From an uncultured cyanobacterium (GTDB taxonomy: Bacteria; Cyanobacteriota; Cyanobacteriia; Phormidesmidales; Phormidesmidaceae), in the NCBI GenBank assembly GCA_963793265.1, contig CAWBZI010000006.1, forward strand, positions 608,001 to 672,000: a DNA stretch of 64,000 bases. The letters run 5' to 3'. The notes below the pieces were generated by a model that was not told where the DNA came from, did no database searches, and worked only from the letters and a program-made list of their open reading frames with translations. Below, in pieces: positions 10,170 to 20,306 of this stretch (the first letter of the stretch is position 1; every line of letters begins with the position of its first letter). The translations under genes and the position numbers were made by a program.

Positions 10170-10374
10170 GCAAATAAGTCTCCAGAAATTAAAACAGGGT
10201 ATTGAGAATGATGGTCGGACGGAAGCCTGTAGAAATCAAGGGAAACCCTTTGAATTGAAAACAGAAAAGCAAACCTGTAACCGATATCGAGTTCTTCTCT
10301 TTCATCTTATAGCGAATTTGATAAGAGAGCGCATTTGATTGAGAAGATATCGTCACATTTCATTAATTCTGTGC

Positions 10375-11262
10375 TTAACGTATCGACATAATTATCACAC
10401 CGCTGACCATAATCGCTGCGCCCAGCAGCCGCTCTCGCAGTCCTTTTTCACCAAAGAAGAAGTGTCCAAAAGCTACTGATAGCAAAGCGCTCATGCGTTT
10501 TACAGCGATCACTTGAGCAACGGGTGCCATTGGCAGTGCAAGCATTTGGAAAACAATGGCGATCGCATTGAACCCCCCAGTAATTCCTATCAATCGCCAT
10601 TGCAATATCAATGGACGCAGCCCCTGCTTAATGCCTCTACGGAAAACAAAAGGCACCATGCCGCCTGCAATCGTGGCAAAAAGTGCGATCGCCCAACATA
10701 AAGGCGAAGAATTGACCACCCCTATTTTGTCAAAATTAGACGTAATACTCCAAATAAATGCCACGCAAAGCATCAGCCGACTGCCCGGATTTTGCGCCAT
10801 CGCTAGCAGCGGCGACCAAGGGGTGCGATCGCCCACTTCACTAGCAGACACCATCGGCTTTAAGTTCAGCACATACGATCCAATCACCAGCAGCACCACG
10901 CCAACCCCATCAGCCGCCGTTGGCCACTCTTGAACAATCAGCGGCGAAGTCACCAGTAAAAACAGCGGCGTGAGCGTCACCAACGGCACCGTCAAAGACA
11001 AATCGGCCAGCTTGAGGGCTCGAACGTAGAGCGTGAAGGCCAAAATGTTGAGGCTACCGCCGACCAATAGCGCCCACCAAAAATTAGGCTGGATTGGAGG
11101 AAAGCCGCCTGAGAGCAGTATCACAGGAAGGAGTAGCACCACGCCAACGGCCATAAAGCCAAACAGCACTGAATATTCATCTAATGTTTTCAGGCTTTGT
11201 TTGCCCGTAGCATCTTTGCAGGCTTCAAAAAAAGCAGTCAACGAAGCAAAAAATAGCCACAT
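10375..11262 (-). CDS. EamA/DMT family transporter
   Basis: About 10 hydrophobic helices in two EamA-like halves; ends FFGEKGLRERLLGAAIM. Confidence 0.85.
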   Translation of the reverse strand: MWLFFASLTAFFEACKDATGKQSLKTLDEYSVLFGFMAVGVVLLLPVILLSGGFPPIQPNFWWALLVGGSLNILAFTLYVRALKLADLSLTVPLVTLTPLFLLVTSPLIVQEWPTAADGVGVVLLVIGSYVLNLKPMVSASEVGDRTPWSPLLAMAQNPGSRLMLCVAFIWSITSNFDKIGVVNSSPLCWAIALFATIAGGMVPFVFRRGIKQGLRPLILQWRLIGITGGFNAIAIVFQMLALPMAPVAQVIAVKRMSALLSVAFGHFFFGEKGLRERLLGAAIMVSGVIIMSIR

Positions 11263-11308
11263 GTAGGCAACTCAGTTTTTTTATGGGTTCGAGCTAAACA
11301 TTCAACAC

Positions 11309-12274
11309 CTAAACGTTCAGCACAACTGAAAGCGTCATACCCACCAGCAGCACAAAGCCAATCGTCACATTTTGCCGAAAGATATTGCCAAACACCTTGG
11401 GCGACTTTGGCCCTCGCGCGAGCTGACGATACTGCCGGAACCAAAGATAGGCTGCTAGGCCCAAAGATAGCCAGTAGAAAATGCCCAAAGGCAGCACAAT
11501 ACCTAGCCAGGCCAGCATCAGCGTCGTCCCTACAAAAAAAAGTCCTACCGCCTGGGGAGCCCGCCGCCCAAAAAAGATCGCGCTGGAGTTAATACCGAGC
11601 TTCAGATCAAATTCTCGGTCGGGAATGGCGTACACCGTATCGAACCCCAGCGTCCACAGCACCGTTGCCGCCCACAGCAGCCAGGTTGGAAACACAATAC
11701 TGCTGGTAACCGCGCTCCAGCTAATGAGCACCGCGAAGCCCCAGGCTATTGAAAGGACAAGCTGAGGAACGGGGAAAACGCGCTTTGCCAGCGGATAGAG
11801 CACAATCACAGGCACAGCGGCCACACATAGCCAGAAGCTCAGGGAGTTGAGGTAGAAAGACAGCCCCCACGCGCAGAAGAAAGACACTAAAGCAACGCCG
11901 ATGCCGACTTTTACCGAAAGCGCCTTTGCTGCTAAAGGTCTAGTTTTGGTGCGCTCTACCTGCGTGTCAATATCGCGATCCCATAGGTCATTAACAACGC
12001 AACCGCCTGCGCTAGTGGCTAACGTGCCCAGTACAATCACGCCGATCAGAGGCAGCTCGGGCAGTCGCTCAGCTAGCGGCAGTCGTTCGGGTAGTCCGCT
12101 GGCAGCGAGTACGACAGCCCAAAGGGCAGGCACCATTAAAATCAATCTTCCAGCGGGCTTATCCCAGCGCAGCAGGCGGACTACGGTAAGCCACGTGGGC
12201 TCGGAGGAAGCATCTTGGAGCTGGCCGTCTACAGCGGGTTTCATAAAAAGGTTTAATCGTGTATCTCGTATCAC
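11309..12274 (-). CDS. ubiA: 4-hydroxybenzoate solanesyl/polyprenyltransferase (UbiA family; plastoquinone synthesis)
   Basis: LLRWDKPAG, NDLWDRDIDxxVERTKxRPLA, FDTVYAxxDRxxD. True start may be ATG 12244. Confidence 0.92.
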   Translation of the reverse strand: MIRDTRLNLFMKPAVDGQLQDASSEPTWLTVVRLLRWDKPAGRLILMVPALWAVVLAASGLPERLPLAERLPELPLIGVIVLGTLATSAGGCVVNDLWDRDIDTQVERTKTRPLAAKALSVKVGIGVALVSFFCAWGLSFYLNSLSFWLCVAAVPVIVLYPLAKRVFPVPQLVLSIAWGFAVLISWSAVTSSIVFPTWLLWAATVLWTLGFDTVYAIPDREFDLKLGINSSAIFFGRRAPQAVGLFFVGTTLMLAWLGIVLPLGIFYWLSLGLAAYLWFRQYRQLARGPKSPKVFGNIFRQNVTIGFVLLVGMTLSVVLNV

Positions 12275-12354
12275 TCACAATACTTTAGATTTTTCGCTTT
12301 CGTTTTTAAGGTGAGTTGCAAAGAATGGGCAGCGATCGCCCACCCTCTCTATAG

Positions 12355-12375
12355 TTTTGGTCTTACCCACCAAAT
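12355..12375. promoter_or_regulatory. Putative secondary NrtR site
   Basis: TTTTGGT-N7-ACCAAAT, same geometry as the site at 12443. Confidence 0.55.
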
Positions 12376-12442
12376 AGAGCAGCCCTGTAAAGCCATCATT
12401 TGCAAACAAAGTATCCAAAGACCGATGACAATCGCCGCTTAT

Positions 12443-12463
12443 TTATGGTTAAAATGACCATAA
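12443..12463. promoter_or_regulatory. NrtR operator upstream of the NAD operon
   Basis: 21-bp palindrome TTATGGT-TAAAATG-ACCATAA (GT-N7-AC core), 27 nt before pncB; nrtR lies in the same operon. Confidence 0.85.
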
Positions 12464-12490
12464 GTCGTCGAGGTTAGAGATCAAAAGCTC

Positions 12491-13927
12491 ATGGTATCTA
12501 CACAAAATGATTCGCTCAGAGTAGACGTTGCGCTTACATCAAAAGAAGCAGCTCACACGTTGAACACTGCGCCCGCTACCAACTCGTTGACAGTTGCCGA
12601 AGACGAGTATGGGCTACTGACTGACCTGTATCAGCTCACGATGTCGGCCTGCTACGCCGGGGAAGATCTGCATCAGCGGCTTGCTAGCTTTGAGCTATTT
12701 ACCCGTAAGCTACCAGCAGGCTACGGCTATTTAGTCGCGATGGGTCTGGAGCAAGGGCTGGAATATTTAGAGAAGCTGAGCTTTAGTCCAACCCAGATTT
12801 TACATTTGCAGAGAACAAGGATTTTTGAGCACGCGCCCGATAGCTTTTGGGGGATGCTGGAAGATTTTCAGTTTGAAGGCGATGTGTGGGCGGTACCTGA
12901 AGGCACACCAATATTTGCGAATGAGCCGATGCTGCGAATCCAAGCGCCGCTATGGCAGGCGCAGATTGTAGAAACTTATCTGCTCAATACGCTGAACTAT
13001 CAAACCCTAATTGCAACGCGGGCGGCGCGGCTGAGGCAGGCGGCCGGGCCTGATGCGAAACTGTACGAGTTTGGCACCCGGCGAGCCTTTAGCCCGCAAG
13101 GATCGCTTTGGGCAGCGCGGGCGGCTTTGGCAGGCGGACTCGATGCAACCTCTAATGTGCTCGCGGCGCTCAAGCTAGGCCAGCAGCCGGTCGGAACGAT
13201 GGCGCACGCGCTGGTGATGGCAGTTTCGGCCTTGGAAGGCAGTGAAGACAGCGGGTTTGAGGCTTTTCATCGCTATTTTCCTGGCGCGCCTCTATTAATA
13301 GATACCTACGATACGACAGCAGCAGCGGAGCGGCTGGCGAAAAAGGTGGCCGATGGAATGCCTTTGAAGGGCGTACGGATTGATTCAGGGGATTTGGGTG
13401 AGATGGCAAAGGTGGTGCGATCGCATCTCCCCAACACACCCATCTTTGCCAGCGGCGATCTCGATGAGTATGCGATCGCACACCTCCGCCAAAACAACGC
13501 CTGCATCGATGGCTACGGCCTCGGCACAAAGTTGGTCACAGGCTCACCTGTTAATGGCGTCTATAAATTAGTGGATATTGATGGCACGGCAGTGATGAAA
13601 GAATCTAGCGGGAAGGTGACTTACCCAGGGTGCAAGCAGATTTTTCGGCAGTATGAGGGCGGGCAGATTGTGGGCGATCGCCTAGCGCTTAATATTGAAG
13701 CCTCCTACGAGAACGAGCAGCCCTTACTTCAGCGGGTGATGCACAACGGACGCAGGCTTGCAGAGGCTCCAAGTTTAGAAGACATTGCCAAACGTGCGAC
13801 CAAAGCTGTAGCGGCACTACCGGAATCTGTGCGTAGGTTGCAGAAGGCAGAAGCCGCTACCGGTAGAAATCTCTCATGGATTAGACAATCTTCTAGAATC
13901 AACTCGGCGAAAATGATTATTAGATAG
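12491..13927 (+). CDS. pncB: Nicotinate phosphoribosyltransferase (C-terminal tail probably frameshifted)
   Basis: LLTDLYQLTM, EFGTRRA, GTMAH, LIDTYD, GVRIDSGD, GVYKLV. Confidence 0.95.
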   Translation: MVSTQNDSLRVDVALTSKEAAHTLNTAPATNSLTVAEDEYGLLTDLYQLTMSACYAGEDLHQRLASFELFTRKLPAGYGYLVAMGLEQGLEYLEKLSFSPTQILHLQRTRIFEHAPDSFWGMLEDFQFEGDVWAVPEGTPIFANEPMLRIQAPLWQAQIVETYLLNTLNYQTLIATRAARLRQAAGPDAKLYEFGTRRAFSPQGSLWAARAALAGGLDATSNVLAALKLGQQPVGTMAHALVMAVSALEGSEDSGFEAFHRYFPGAPLLIDTYDTTAAAERLAKKVADGMPLKGVRIDSGDLGEMAKVVRSHLPNTPIFASGDLDEYAIAHLRQNNACIDGYGLGTKLVTGSPVNGVYKLVDIDGTAVMKESSGKVTYPGCKQIFRQYEGGQIVGDRLALNIEASYENEQPLLQRVMHNGRRLAEAPSLEDIAKRATKAVAALPESVRRLQKAEAATGRNLSWIRQSSRINSAKMIIR

Positions 13928-13965
13928 GCGCATTTGTTTAACTGTTGTTTAGCTATTTTTTTACT

Positions 13966-14604
13966 ATGGCTTTTTGGATAAAACCAGCACGAGTTGCGCT
14001 CTTTGGAACTAGCGCCGATCCGCCGCATGTTGGACACCAGAGTATTTTGACCTGGCTAGCTGAAGACTTTGATCAGGTGGCGGTATGGGCGGCTGAGAAT
14101 CCGTATAAGAAGAAGCAGTCTCCTCTGGGCGATCGCGCCGAAATGCTGCGGCTACTGATAGAGACTTTGCCAAACAAAGAGAGCGTAGAGGTGTATCAGA
14201 GCTTGAGCGATCGCTACAGTATTCACTCAATTGCGCGTGCGCGTCAGATCTGGCCAAACGCACAATTCACGCTTGTTGTCGGCGCTGATTTAGTTGAACA
14301 GTTGCCTAAGTGGTACCAGGCCAAAGAGATCTTTGAGCAGGTTGAAATACTGGTGTTCCCACGTCCCGGCTATACCATTGGCGGGCCAGCTTTAGCAGCG
14401 CTACAACAGCAGGCCACCGTCACCATTGCGCATCCGCCAACCCAATACAACATTGCCTCTAGCAGCTATCGTGCCACCAACTGTAGTGAAGTACCAGACG
14501 ATCTCCCACCCGTCATTCAGCGCTATATTAGCGAGCACGACCTGTATCCCTGCTTACACACCCCACACACCGCCCCCAAAGAACAAGTCTCGTCGCACCG
14601 ATAA
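13966..14604 (+). CDS. nadD: Nicotinate-nucleotide adenylyltransferase
   Basis: ALFGTSADPPHVGH (HxGH), VVGADL..LPKWY, IASSSYR. Confidence 0.9.
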   Translation: MAFWIKPARVALFGTSADPPHVGHQSILTWLAEDFDQVAVWAAENPYKKKQSPLGDRAEMLRLLIETLPNKESVEVYQSLSDRYSIHSIARARQIWPNAQFTLVVGADLVEQLPKWYQAKEIFEQVEILVFPRPGYTIGGPALAALQQQATVTIAHPPTQYNIASSSYRATNCSEVPDDLPPVIQRYISEHDLYPCLHTPHTAPKEQVSSHR

Positions 14605-14625
14605 AGCCGCTGGCAACCGTTCGCT

Positions 14626-15381
14626 ATGAAACCCACCACCATTCACCTCACCAACCCACTCGCACCATCGTCACCTGTCGCAGAACTCGCTGACTTCAAA
14701 GTAGGGGTAGATACCGTCATTTTTTCAGTAGATACTGAACAAAACCGACTGCTGGTGCTGCTAGTCATGCGGCACGAAGACCCGCACAGCGGCTACTGGA
14801 GCTTGCCAGGCACTTTAGTGCAAGTCGGAGAATCATTAGAAGCTGCTGCCGATCGAGCGCTGACCGAAAAGATTAGGGTGAACAACCTCTATTTAGAACA
14901 ACTCTTTACCTTTGGCGGGCCTAATCGCGACCAGAGAGAGGCCAAAGATGCCTATAACGTTCGCTATCTTTCGGTCAGCTACTTCGCCTTGGTACGCTAC
15001 GAAGACACCGCACTAATCGCTGATGGCGTCAGTGGAATCGCCTGGTATCCACTCAACCGCGTACCCAAGCTCGCCTTCGACCACAATCAAATTTTGACCT
15101 ACGGCTACCAAAGGTTGCGTAACAAGCTCGAATATAGTCCGGTTGCCTTTGACGTACTGCCTGATACCTTTACGCTAAGCGATGTTTATCAGCTCTATGC
15201 AACGGTGTTAGGAGAAGACTTTTCAGACTATTCAAACTTTCGCACAAGGCTGCTGAAGCTGGGAATTTTGCAAGATACGAAAGTGAAAACATCGAGAGGC
15301 GCAGGGCGTCCGGCAAGCCTGTACCGATTTGATGCAGAGGCTTTTGAACCACTTAAAAACAAACCGATGGTATTCCTGTAA
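14626..15381 (+). CDS. nrtR: NUDIX plus winged-HTH transcriptional regulator NrtR
   Basis: WSLPGT...ESLEAAA, LEQLFTFG, LAFDH, FTLSDVYQLY, SNFR, GAGRPASLYRF. Confidence 0.92.
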   Translation: MKPTTIHLTNPLAPSSPVAELADFKVGVDTVIFSVDTEQNRLLVLLVMRHEDPHSGYWSLPGTLVQVGESLEAAADRALTEKIRVNNLYLEQLFTFGGPNRDQREAKDAYNVRYLSVSYFALVRYEDTALIADGVSGIAWYPLNRVPKLAFDHNQILTYGYQRLRNKLEYSPVAFDVLPDTFTLSDVYQLYATVLGEDFSDYSNFRTRLLKLGILQDTKVKTSRGAGRPASLYRFDAEAFEPLKNKPMVFL

Positions 15382-15416
15382 AAGAGATATTTAAGAGAGA
15401 CACTAAGAGATATTTT

Positions 15417-17159
15417 ATGAAGATTGCGATCGCTCAGCTCAACCCCACCATTGGCGACATTTCCGGCAACGCCGACCAGATTCTCTCAGCCGCCCAAGCA
15501 GCAGCAAACCAAGGCGCTGACCTGCTGCTCACCCCTGAGCTTTCCCTATGCGGCTATCCCCCCCGAGATCTCCTCATGCGGCCTAGCTTCGTTCAACAAA
15601 TGGCACAAAAAGTAGCTGATATTGCCAAAGCGCTACCGCCGACGCTCACGGCCTTAGTGGGCCTTGCCGCCGCCAATAAAAACGCTCACCTAAAAGGAGA
15701 GAAACCTGTTTACAACAGCATGGCGCTTTTGCACTCAGGGAAAGTTCAAGCAATCTTTCACAAGCGTTTGCTACCGACCTACGACGTGTTTGACGACGAT
15801 CGCTACTTTGAATCAGGCACTCAGGCCAATAGTTTCACCTTGAAGTGCAAAAGCGGCGCTGTTCATATCGGCGTCACCATCTGCGAAGACCTTTGGAACA
15901 GCGAAGACTTTTGGGGCAAACGCGCCTACCCAATAGATCCGACCAAAGAGCTGGTTGAAAAGGGCGTAGATCTGGTTGTGAACTTGTCAGCATCCCCTTT
16001 TATTGTGGGCAAGCAGTCTTTAAGAGAGCGGATGATTGCACATGCAGCCAAGCAAAACGAGTGCCCTATTGTCTATGTCAATCAGGTTGGCGGCAATGAC
16101 GATTTAATCTTTGACGGTCAGAGTATCGCGGTTGACCGTAAAGGAGAATTAGTCAGCCGGGCTACAGCCTTTGAGAGTGATTTTCAAACGCTAGAATTTG
16201 ACATGGGCTCGAAAGACTTACGCAAAGGTGAGGTGAAAGAGATGCCCGCTGTAGCAGAAGCTGAAATTTGGGCGGCGCTGGTGCTAGGCGTGAAAGATTA
16301 TGCGCGGAAGTGTGGCTTTAGTAAGGCAGTGATTGGCTTAAGTGGTGGTGTAGACTCTGCGGTGGTGAGTGCGATCGCAGCTACCGCCCTTGGCCCCGAA
16401 AACGTACTTGGCATCCTCATGCCCTCCCCTCACAGCTCCGACCACTCAATTAGCGACGCCCAACAGCTTGCAGATAATCTAGGCATCACCACCCAGACCA
16501 TTCCTATTGGCACCCTGATGGCAGGCTACGACAGTACGCTAGATAGTTTATTCGCAGGCACCGAAAGCGGCGTCACCGAAGAAAACTTACAGTCCCGAAT
16601 TCGCGGCAACTTGCTGATGGCTATTAGCAATAAGTTTGGTCATTTGCTGCTGACAACAGGAAACAAATCGGAAGTCGCGGTCGGCTACTGTACGCTGTAT
16701 GGCGATATGAACGGTGGGCTAGCGGTGATCGCAGACGTGCCAAAAACGCGGGTGTATTCACTTTGCCGCTGGCTGAATCACGAGCGTGAAATTATCCCGA
16801 GCAACATTATCACCAAGCCGCCCAGCGCAGAACTCAAGCCAGGTCAGGTCGATCAAGACTCTCTACCTGACTACGATATATTAGACGATATTCTTGAGCG
16901 CTTAGTGCAAAAGCAACAGTCCGCAGAAGATATTATCGCGGCGGGCCACCCGGCAGAAGTTGTGAAAAGAGTGATTCGGCTAGTGACACGCGCGGAGTTT
17001 AAGCGGCGGCAGTCCGCACCTGTGCTAAAAGTCACCGATCGCGCTTTTGGCATGGGATGGCGAATGCCAATTGCGAGCCGATGGGCATTAGAGATTCCCG
17101 GCAATGAAGCGGTTAACGTACGTTCAAACCAGAATGCTAAGGAACTCGCATCAAAATAG
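15417..17159 (+). CDS. nadE: Glutamine-dependent NAD+ synthetase
   Basis: Nitrilase domain (PEL, KRLLPTYDVF, ICEDLW) plus GLSGGVDS, GNKSE, PPSAEL, EFKRRQ. Confidence 0.97.
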   Translation: MKIAIAQLNPTIGDISGNADQILSAAQAAANQGADLLLTPELSLCGYPPRDLLMRPSFVQQMAQKVADIAKALPPTLTALVGLAAANKNAHLKGEKPVYNSMALLHSGKVQAIFHKRLLPTYDVFDDDRYFESGTQANSFTLKCKSGAVHIGVTICEDLWNSEDFWGKRAYPIDPTKELVEKGVDLVVNLSASPFIVGKQSLRERMIAHAAKQNECPIVYVNQVGGNDDLIFDGQSIAVDRKGELVSRATAFESDFQTLEFDMGSKDLRKGEVKEMPAVAEAEIWAALVLGVKDYARKCGFSKAVIGLSGGVDSAVVSAIAATALGPENVLGILMPSPHSSDHSISDAQQLADNLGITTQTIPIGTLMAGYDSTLDSLFAGTESGVTEENLQSRIRGNLLMAISNKFGHLLLTTGNKSEVAVGYCTLYGDMNGGLAVIADVPKTRVYSLCRWLNHEREIIPSNIITKPPSAELKPGQVDQDSLPDYDILDDILERLVQKQQSAEDIIAAGHPAEVVKRVIRLVTRAEFKRRQSAPVLKVTDRAFGMGWRMPIASRWALEIPGNEAVNVRSNQNAKELASK

Positions 17160-17270
17160 AGTATGGCTGACGGTTGCCCTAGAATACAGTTGCAGGCGTA
17201 ATGCGATGCCATCAGGTTATGACCACGAGTTGCTAGGCTATAAGCGCACCCTAAGAGCCCATCAAGTGCT

Positions 17271-17564
17271 ATGACTGTCAGCAGCAAAACCGCGAAAAAA
17301 CTCCTCTACGACTTCATGTTTGAGAACGAAGATGCGAAGGAATGGGTAGAAGACGTATGGGGCTTGAGTCCCTTTTTAGGCCAGGGTGCGGCAAATGCTG
17401 CTGAAGTGCTAGGCGCGCTCATAGAAACCTGTTCAGAACGGCAGCTCAATCAGGTTGTCGCTAGCCTCTATGCAGCACACCAAGAGAGCATCCAAGAGCT
17501 GAGTTCGGCTAGCGAATGGCGCGTGGAAATAGATGCGAAAACGGTTGACTTTAAAGAGAAATAA
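17271..17564 (+). CDS. Hypothetical protein
   Basis: 97-aa ORF filling an intergenic gap; no motif recognised. Confidence 0.6.
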   Translation: MTVSSKTAKKLLYDFMFENEDAKEWVEDVWGLSPFLGQGAANAAEVLGALIETCSERQLNQVVASLYAAHQESIQELSSASEWRVEIDAKTVDFKEK

Positions 17565-17609
17565 GCCGTTCTATCGTTCTCTTATTTGGGCAGCTACGAT
17601 GGCTAATAC

Positions 17610-18830
17610 CTAGCCTTGAGCCTGAGCAGGGAGTGGCTCGGGGCGAATAGAGAAGCTTTGACGGTTGCCTTGGCGATCGACCTCTAGCCGTAAGTCGCGC
17701 TCAAGGCCGTTTGACTCTACCGCGCTTTGCACATCTTTGCCGGTTGCGATCGCCTCACCGTTCACCTGGCTCACCACATCACCAGCTCTTAAGCCCGCCC
17801 TAGCCGCAGGCGAATCAGGCACCACGCTACCCACTAGCACACCGCTCTCAGCATCTACCCTAAAGCCAGTGTTCGGATCTTGGTTTAGCGAGTCGCGCAC
17901 TTCAGGCGTCAAGTTCACCATTTGAATGCCAATAAAAGGATGCTCTACTTTGCCGTTAGCAACAATCTGATCCGAAATTCGCTCTACCGCGTCAATTGGG
18001 ATCGCAAAGCCCAAGCCCTGGGCACCGCTGATAATCGCGGTATTCATACCAATCACTTCGCCCCTCGCATTGAGCAACGGCCCACCAGAGTTACCGGGAT
18101 TGATTGCCGCGTCCGTTTGAATAAAGCCGACACGGTTGTCAGGGATGCCGACCTGGCCGCTGGTGCGTCCGGTGGCGCTAACGATGCCGACTGTGACTGT
18201 ATTATCAAGGCCCAAGGGGTTGCCGATAGCGATCGCAACTTCTCCAGGCAATAGCTCAGCATTACTCACCGCTAACGTTGGCAAATTACTAGAATCGATA
18301 TCAATCACCGCCACATCCGTCAGCGAATCGCTACCGAGCACCCTGCCTTCAAAGGTGCGTCCGTCCTTGAGCGTCACCTGTACGGTATCAGCGCCTTCTA
18401 CCACGTGGGCATTCGTCAAAATGCGGCCATCTTCACTGACGATGAACCCTGAGCCCACGCCACTTCGGCTTCTCTCTTGAGGGGCTGAAGGCAGTCTGCC
18501 ACCAAAAAAGCGGCGAAACTCCTCCGGCATAGCAGAAGACTGACCAGACACGGTACGAGAGGCATTGATTCTTACCACCGCAGGGCCGACAGCCTGCACG
18601 ACTTCAGAGACAGAATTTGCCTCTGTTGGAAGCGTCAAGTTTGCAGGCGTCGTTTGGTAGGCCCGCTGAGCGGTAGCAATCGGCTGAGGCGACTCTTGAC
18701 TCTGGACATAATATGCACCTGTCGTTGCAGCGCCAGCGCCTAGCATTACCAAAGCAAGAGAAGTCGCTAACCGCTTGCTAGCGCCGCCTGATGAACGTTG
18801 ATTGGAATTGGAAGGATGATTGTCTGTCAT
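17610..18830 (-). CDS. HtrA/HhoA-family serine protease with PDZ domain
   Basis: TNAHVV, DVAVI, TDAAINPGNSGGPL catalytic triad; C-terminal PDZ; N-terminal TM segment. Confidence 0.95.
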   Translation of the reverse strand: MTDNHPSNSNQRSSGGASKRLATSLALVMLGAGAATTGAYYVQSQESPQPIATAQRAYQTTPANLTLPTEANSVSEVVQAVGPAVVRINASRTVSGQSSAMPEEFRRFFGGRLPSAPQERSRSGVGSGFIVSEDGRILTNAHVVEGADTVQVTLKDGRTFEGRVLGSDSLTDVAVIDIDSSNLPTLAVSNAELLPGEVAIAIGNPLGLDNTVTVGIVSATGRTSGQVGIPDNRVGFIQTDAAINPGNSGGPLLNARGEVIGMNTAIISGAQGLGFAIPIDAVERISDQIVANGKVEHPFIGIQMVNLTPEVRDSLNQDPNTGFRVDAESGVLVGSVVPDSPAARAGLRAGDVVSQVNGEAIATGKDVQSAVESNGLERDLRLEVDRQGNRQSFSIRPEPLPAQAQG

Positions 18831-19022
18831 AAGAGATTTGATCAGAAGTTAGGATTGACGACTTCATACAGCATAAGCAGCCGGTTTGACAGCGGTATGA
18901 CGAGGGTATAGCAATCATGTGATGAGTCAGCTCGGGCGTAAAGATCACCCCGGCGAAGGACAACGTATGCAAGAGTGGGCTGTTCTAATGGCTATTCGCA
19001 GCAATAGAAGGACATCTGAATT

Positions 19023-19448
19023 ATGGATAGCAAATCAACCGTTGTTTGGCAGGGAAGCGTTAAAGAAGGGAAGGGCGAAATTACGACTGAGAGCGGTGTG
19101 CTCAAGAACTCGGTATATACCTATGGCACTCGCTTTGAAGACAATCCTGGCACTAATCCTGAAGAACTAATTGCCGCTGCTCATGCCGCTTGTTTTACGA
19201 TGGCAACTGCTGACGAGATGGGCAGTGCGGGTGTGACGCCTGAGCGGTTGCAGACGATTGCAACGGTAACGCTCAGCACAGAGGGCAATGAGCCTGAAGT
19301 CTCTCAGATTCATTTAGATGTAACGGCGAAGCTGCCTGCAAGTGATAAAGAAGCTTTTGAGAAAGCAGCTAACTCTGCGAAGGAGAACTGTCCTATTTCT
19401 AGACTGTTGAATGCGGATATTACGATGGATACGCATTTAGAAAGCTAG
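19023..19448 (+). CDS. osmC: OsmC family peroxiredoxin
   Basis: GTNPEELIAAAHAACF, AKENCPIS. Confidence 0.93.
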   Translation: MDSKSTVVWQGSVKEGKGEITTESGVLKNSVYTYGTRFEDNPGTNPEELIAAAHAACFTMATADEMGSAGVTPERLQTIATVTLSTEGNEPEVSQIHLDVTAKLPASDKEAFEKAANSAKENCPISRLLNADITMDTHLES

Positions 19449-19471
19449 GGCGAGATAGGGTGTTTTAGCCG

Positions 19472-19495
19472 GAGGGCGTAATGCCTTACGCCCTC
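19472..19495. repeat. REP-like palindrome
   Basis: GAGGGCGTAA-TGCC-TTACGCCCTC; its 18-bp core is identical to 29733-29750. Confidence 0.75.
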
Positions 19496-19534
19496 TTGCG
19501 CCCAATACAAAGAAATAGATAGGAGAGAATAACT

Positions 19535-20206
19535 ATGGCAAGCATGATCGACTTTCAGCGTCCTGACGGCAAAAGCTGTGCAGGCTACTATGGCGAACCT
19601 GCTGGTGACGATGACGCACCAGGCGTTGTTGTTATTCAAGAATGGTGGGGTCTGACCGATCAGATAAAAGGGGTTGCCGATGCCCTGATTGAATCGGGCT
19701 ATCGTGTGCTGGTGCCCGACCTTTACAAAGGAGACGTTACTTTAGAGGCGGCTGAGGCTCAGCACAAAATGGAAGAACTCGACTTCCAGGAGGCGACACA
19801 GCAAGATATTAAAGGCGCGGCGCAGTATTTGCACAAAAAGAGCCCAGATGTCGGTGTCATGGGATTTTGTATGGGCGGTGTGTTGACGATGCTGGCGGCG
19901 ATGAACCTATCTGAGCTAGATGCGGCAGTCGCTTGGTATGGCGTTCCGCCTGAAGAAGCGGGCGATCCAGGCGACATTGATATTCCGGTACAGGGACACT
20001 TTGGCCAGGCAGACAGCTTTTTCTCGCCGAAGCAGGTAGACGCGCTAGAGGCAAAACTGAAAGCGGACGAGGTTAGCTACGAGTTTTATCGATATGAGGG
20101 CGCGGAGCACGCGTTCGGGAATGAAACTGGCGATAGCTATGATGCTGAGGCAAAGGAAAAGGCTTGGGCGCGATCGCTCGACTTTCTAGAAAAGCACCTT
20201 GGCTAA
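19535..20206 (+). CDS. Dienelactone hydrolase family protein
   Basis: IQEWWGL, GFCMGG nucleophile, HAF catalytic His. Confidence 0.93.
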   Translation: MASMIDFQRPDGKSCAGYYGEPAGDDDAPGVVVIQEWWGLTDQIKGVADALIESGYRVLVPDLYKGDVTLEAAEAQHKMEELDFQEATQQDIKGAAQYLHKKSPDVGVMGFCMGGVLTMLAAMNLSELDAAVAWYGVPPEEAGDPGDIDIPVQGHFGQADSFFSPKQVDALEAKLKADEVSYEFYRYEGAEHAFGNETGDSYDAEAKEKAWARSLDFLEKHLG

Positions 20207-20306
20207 TGGCTAACCACAGCGGCTAACCACAGATTCGCAGCGAGTTTACCCCGACTTTTACGCATCCTGGCACAATAGAGGGGTTCCTTTATTTCCTGAT
20301 AGCTTT

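Noticed and set aside
13948..13970. Third NrtR site before nadD (TTTAGCT...ACTATG)
   Set aside because: The left arm lacks the GT core; weak match in T-rich sequence.
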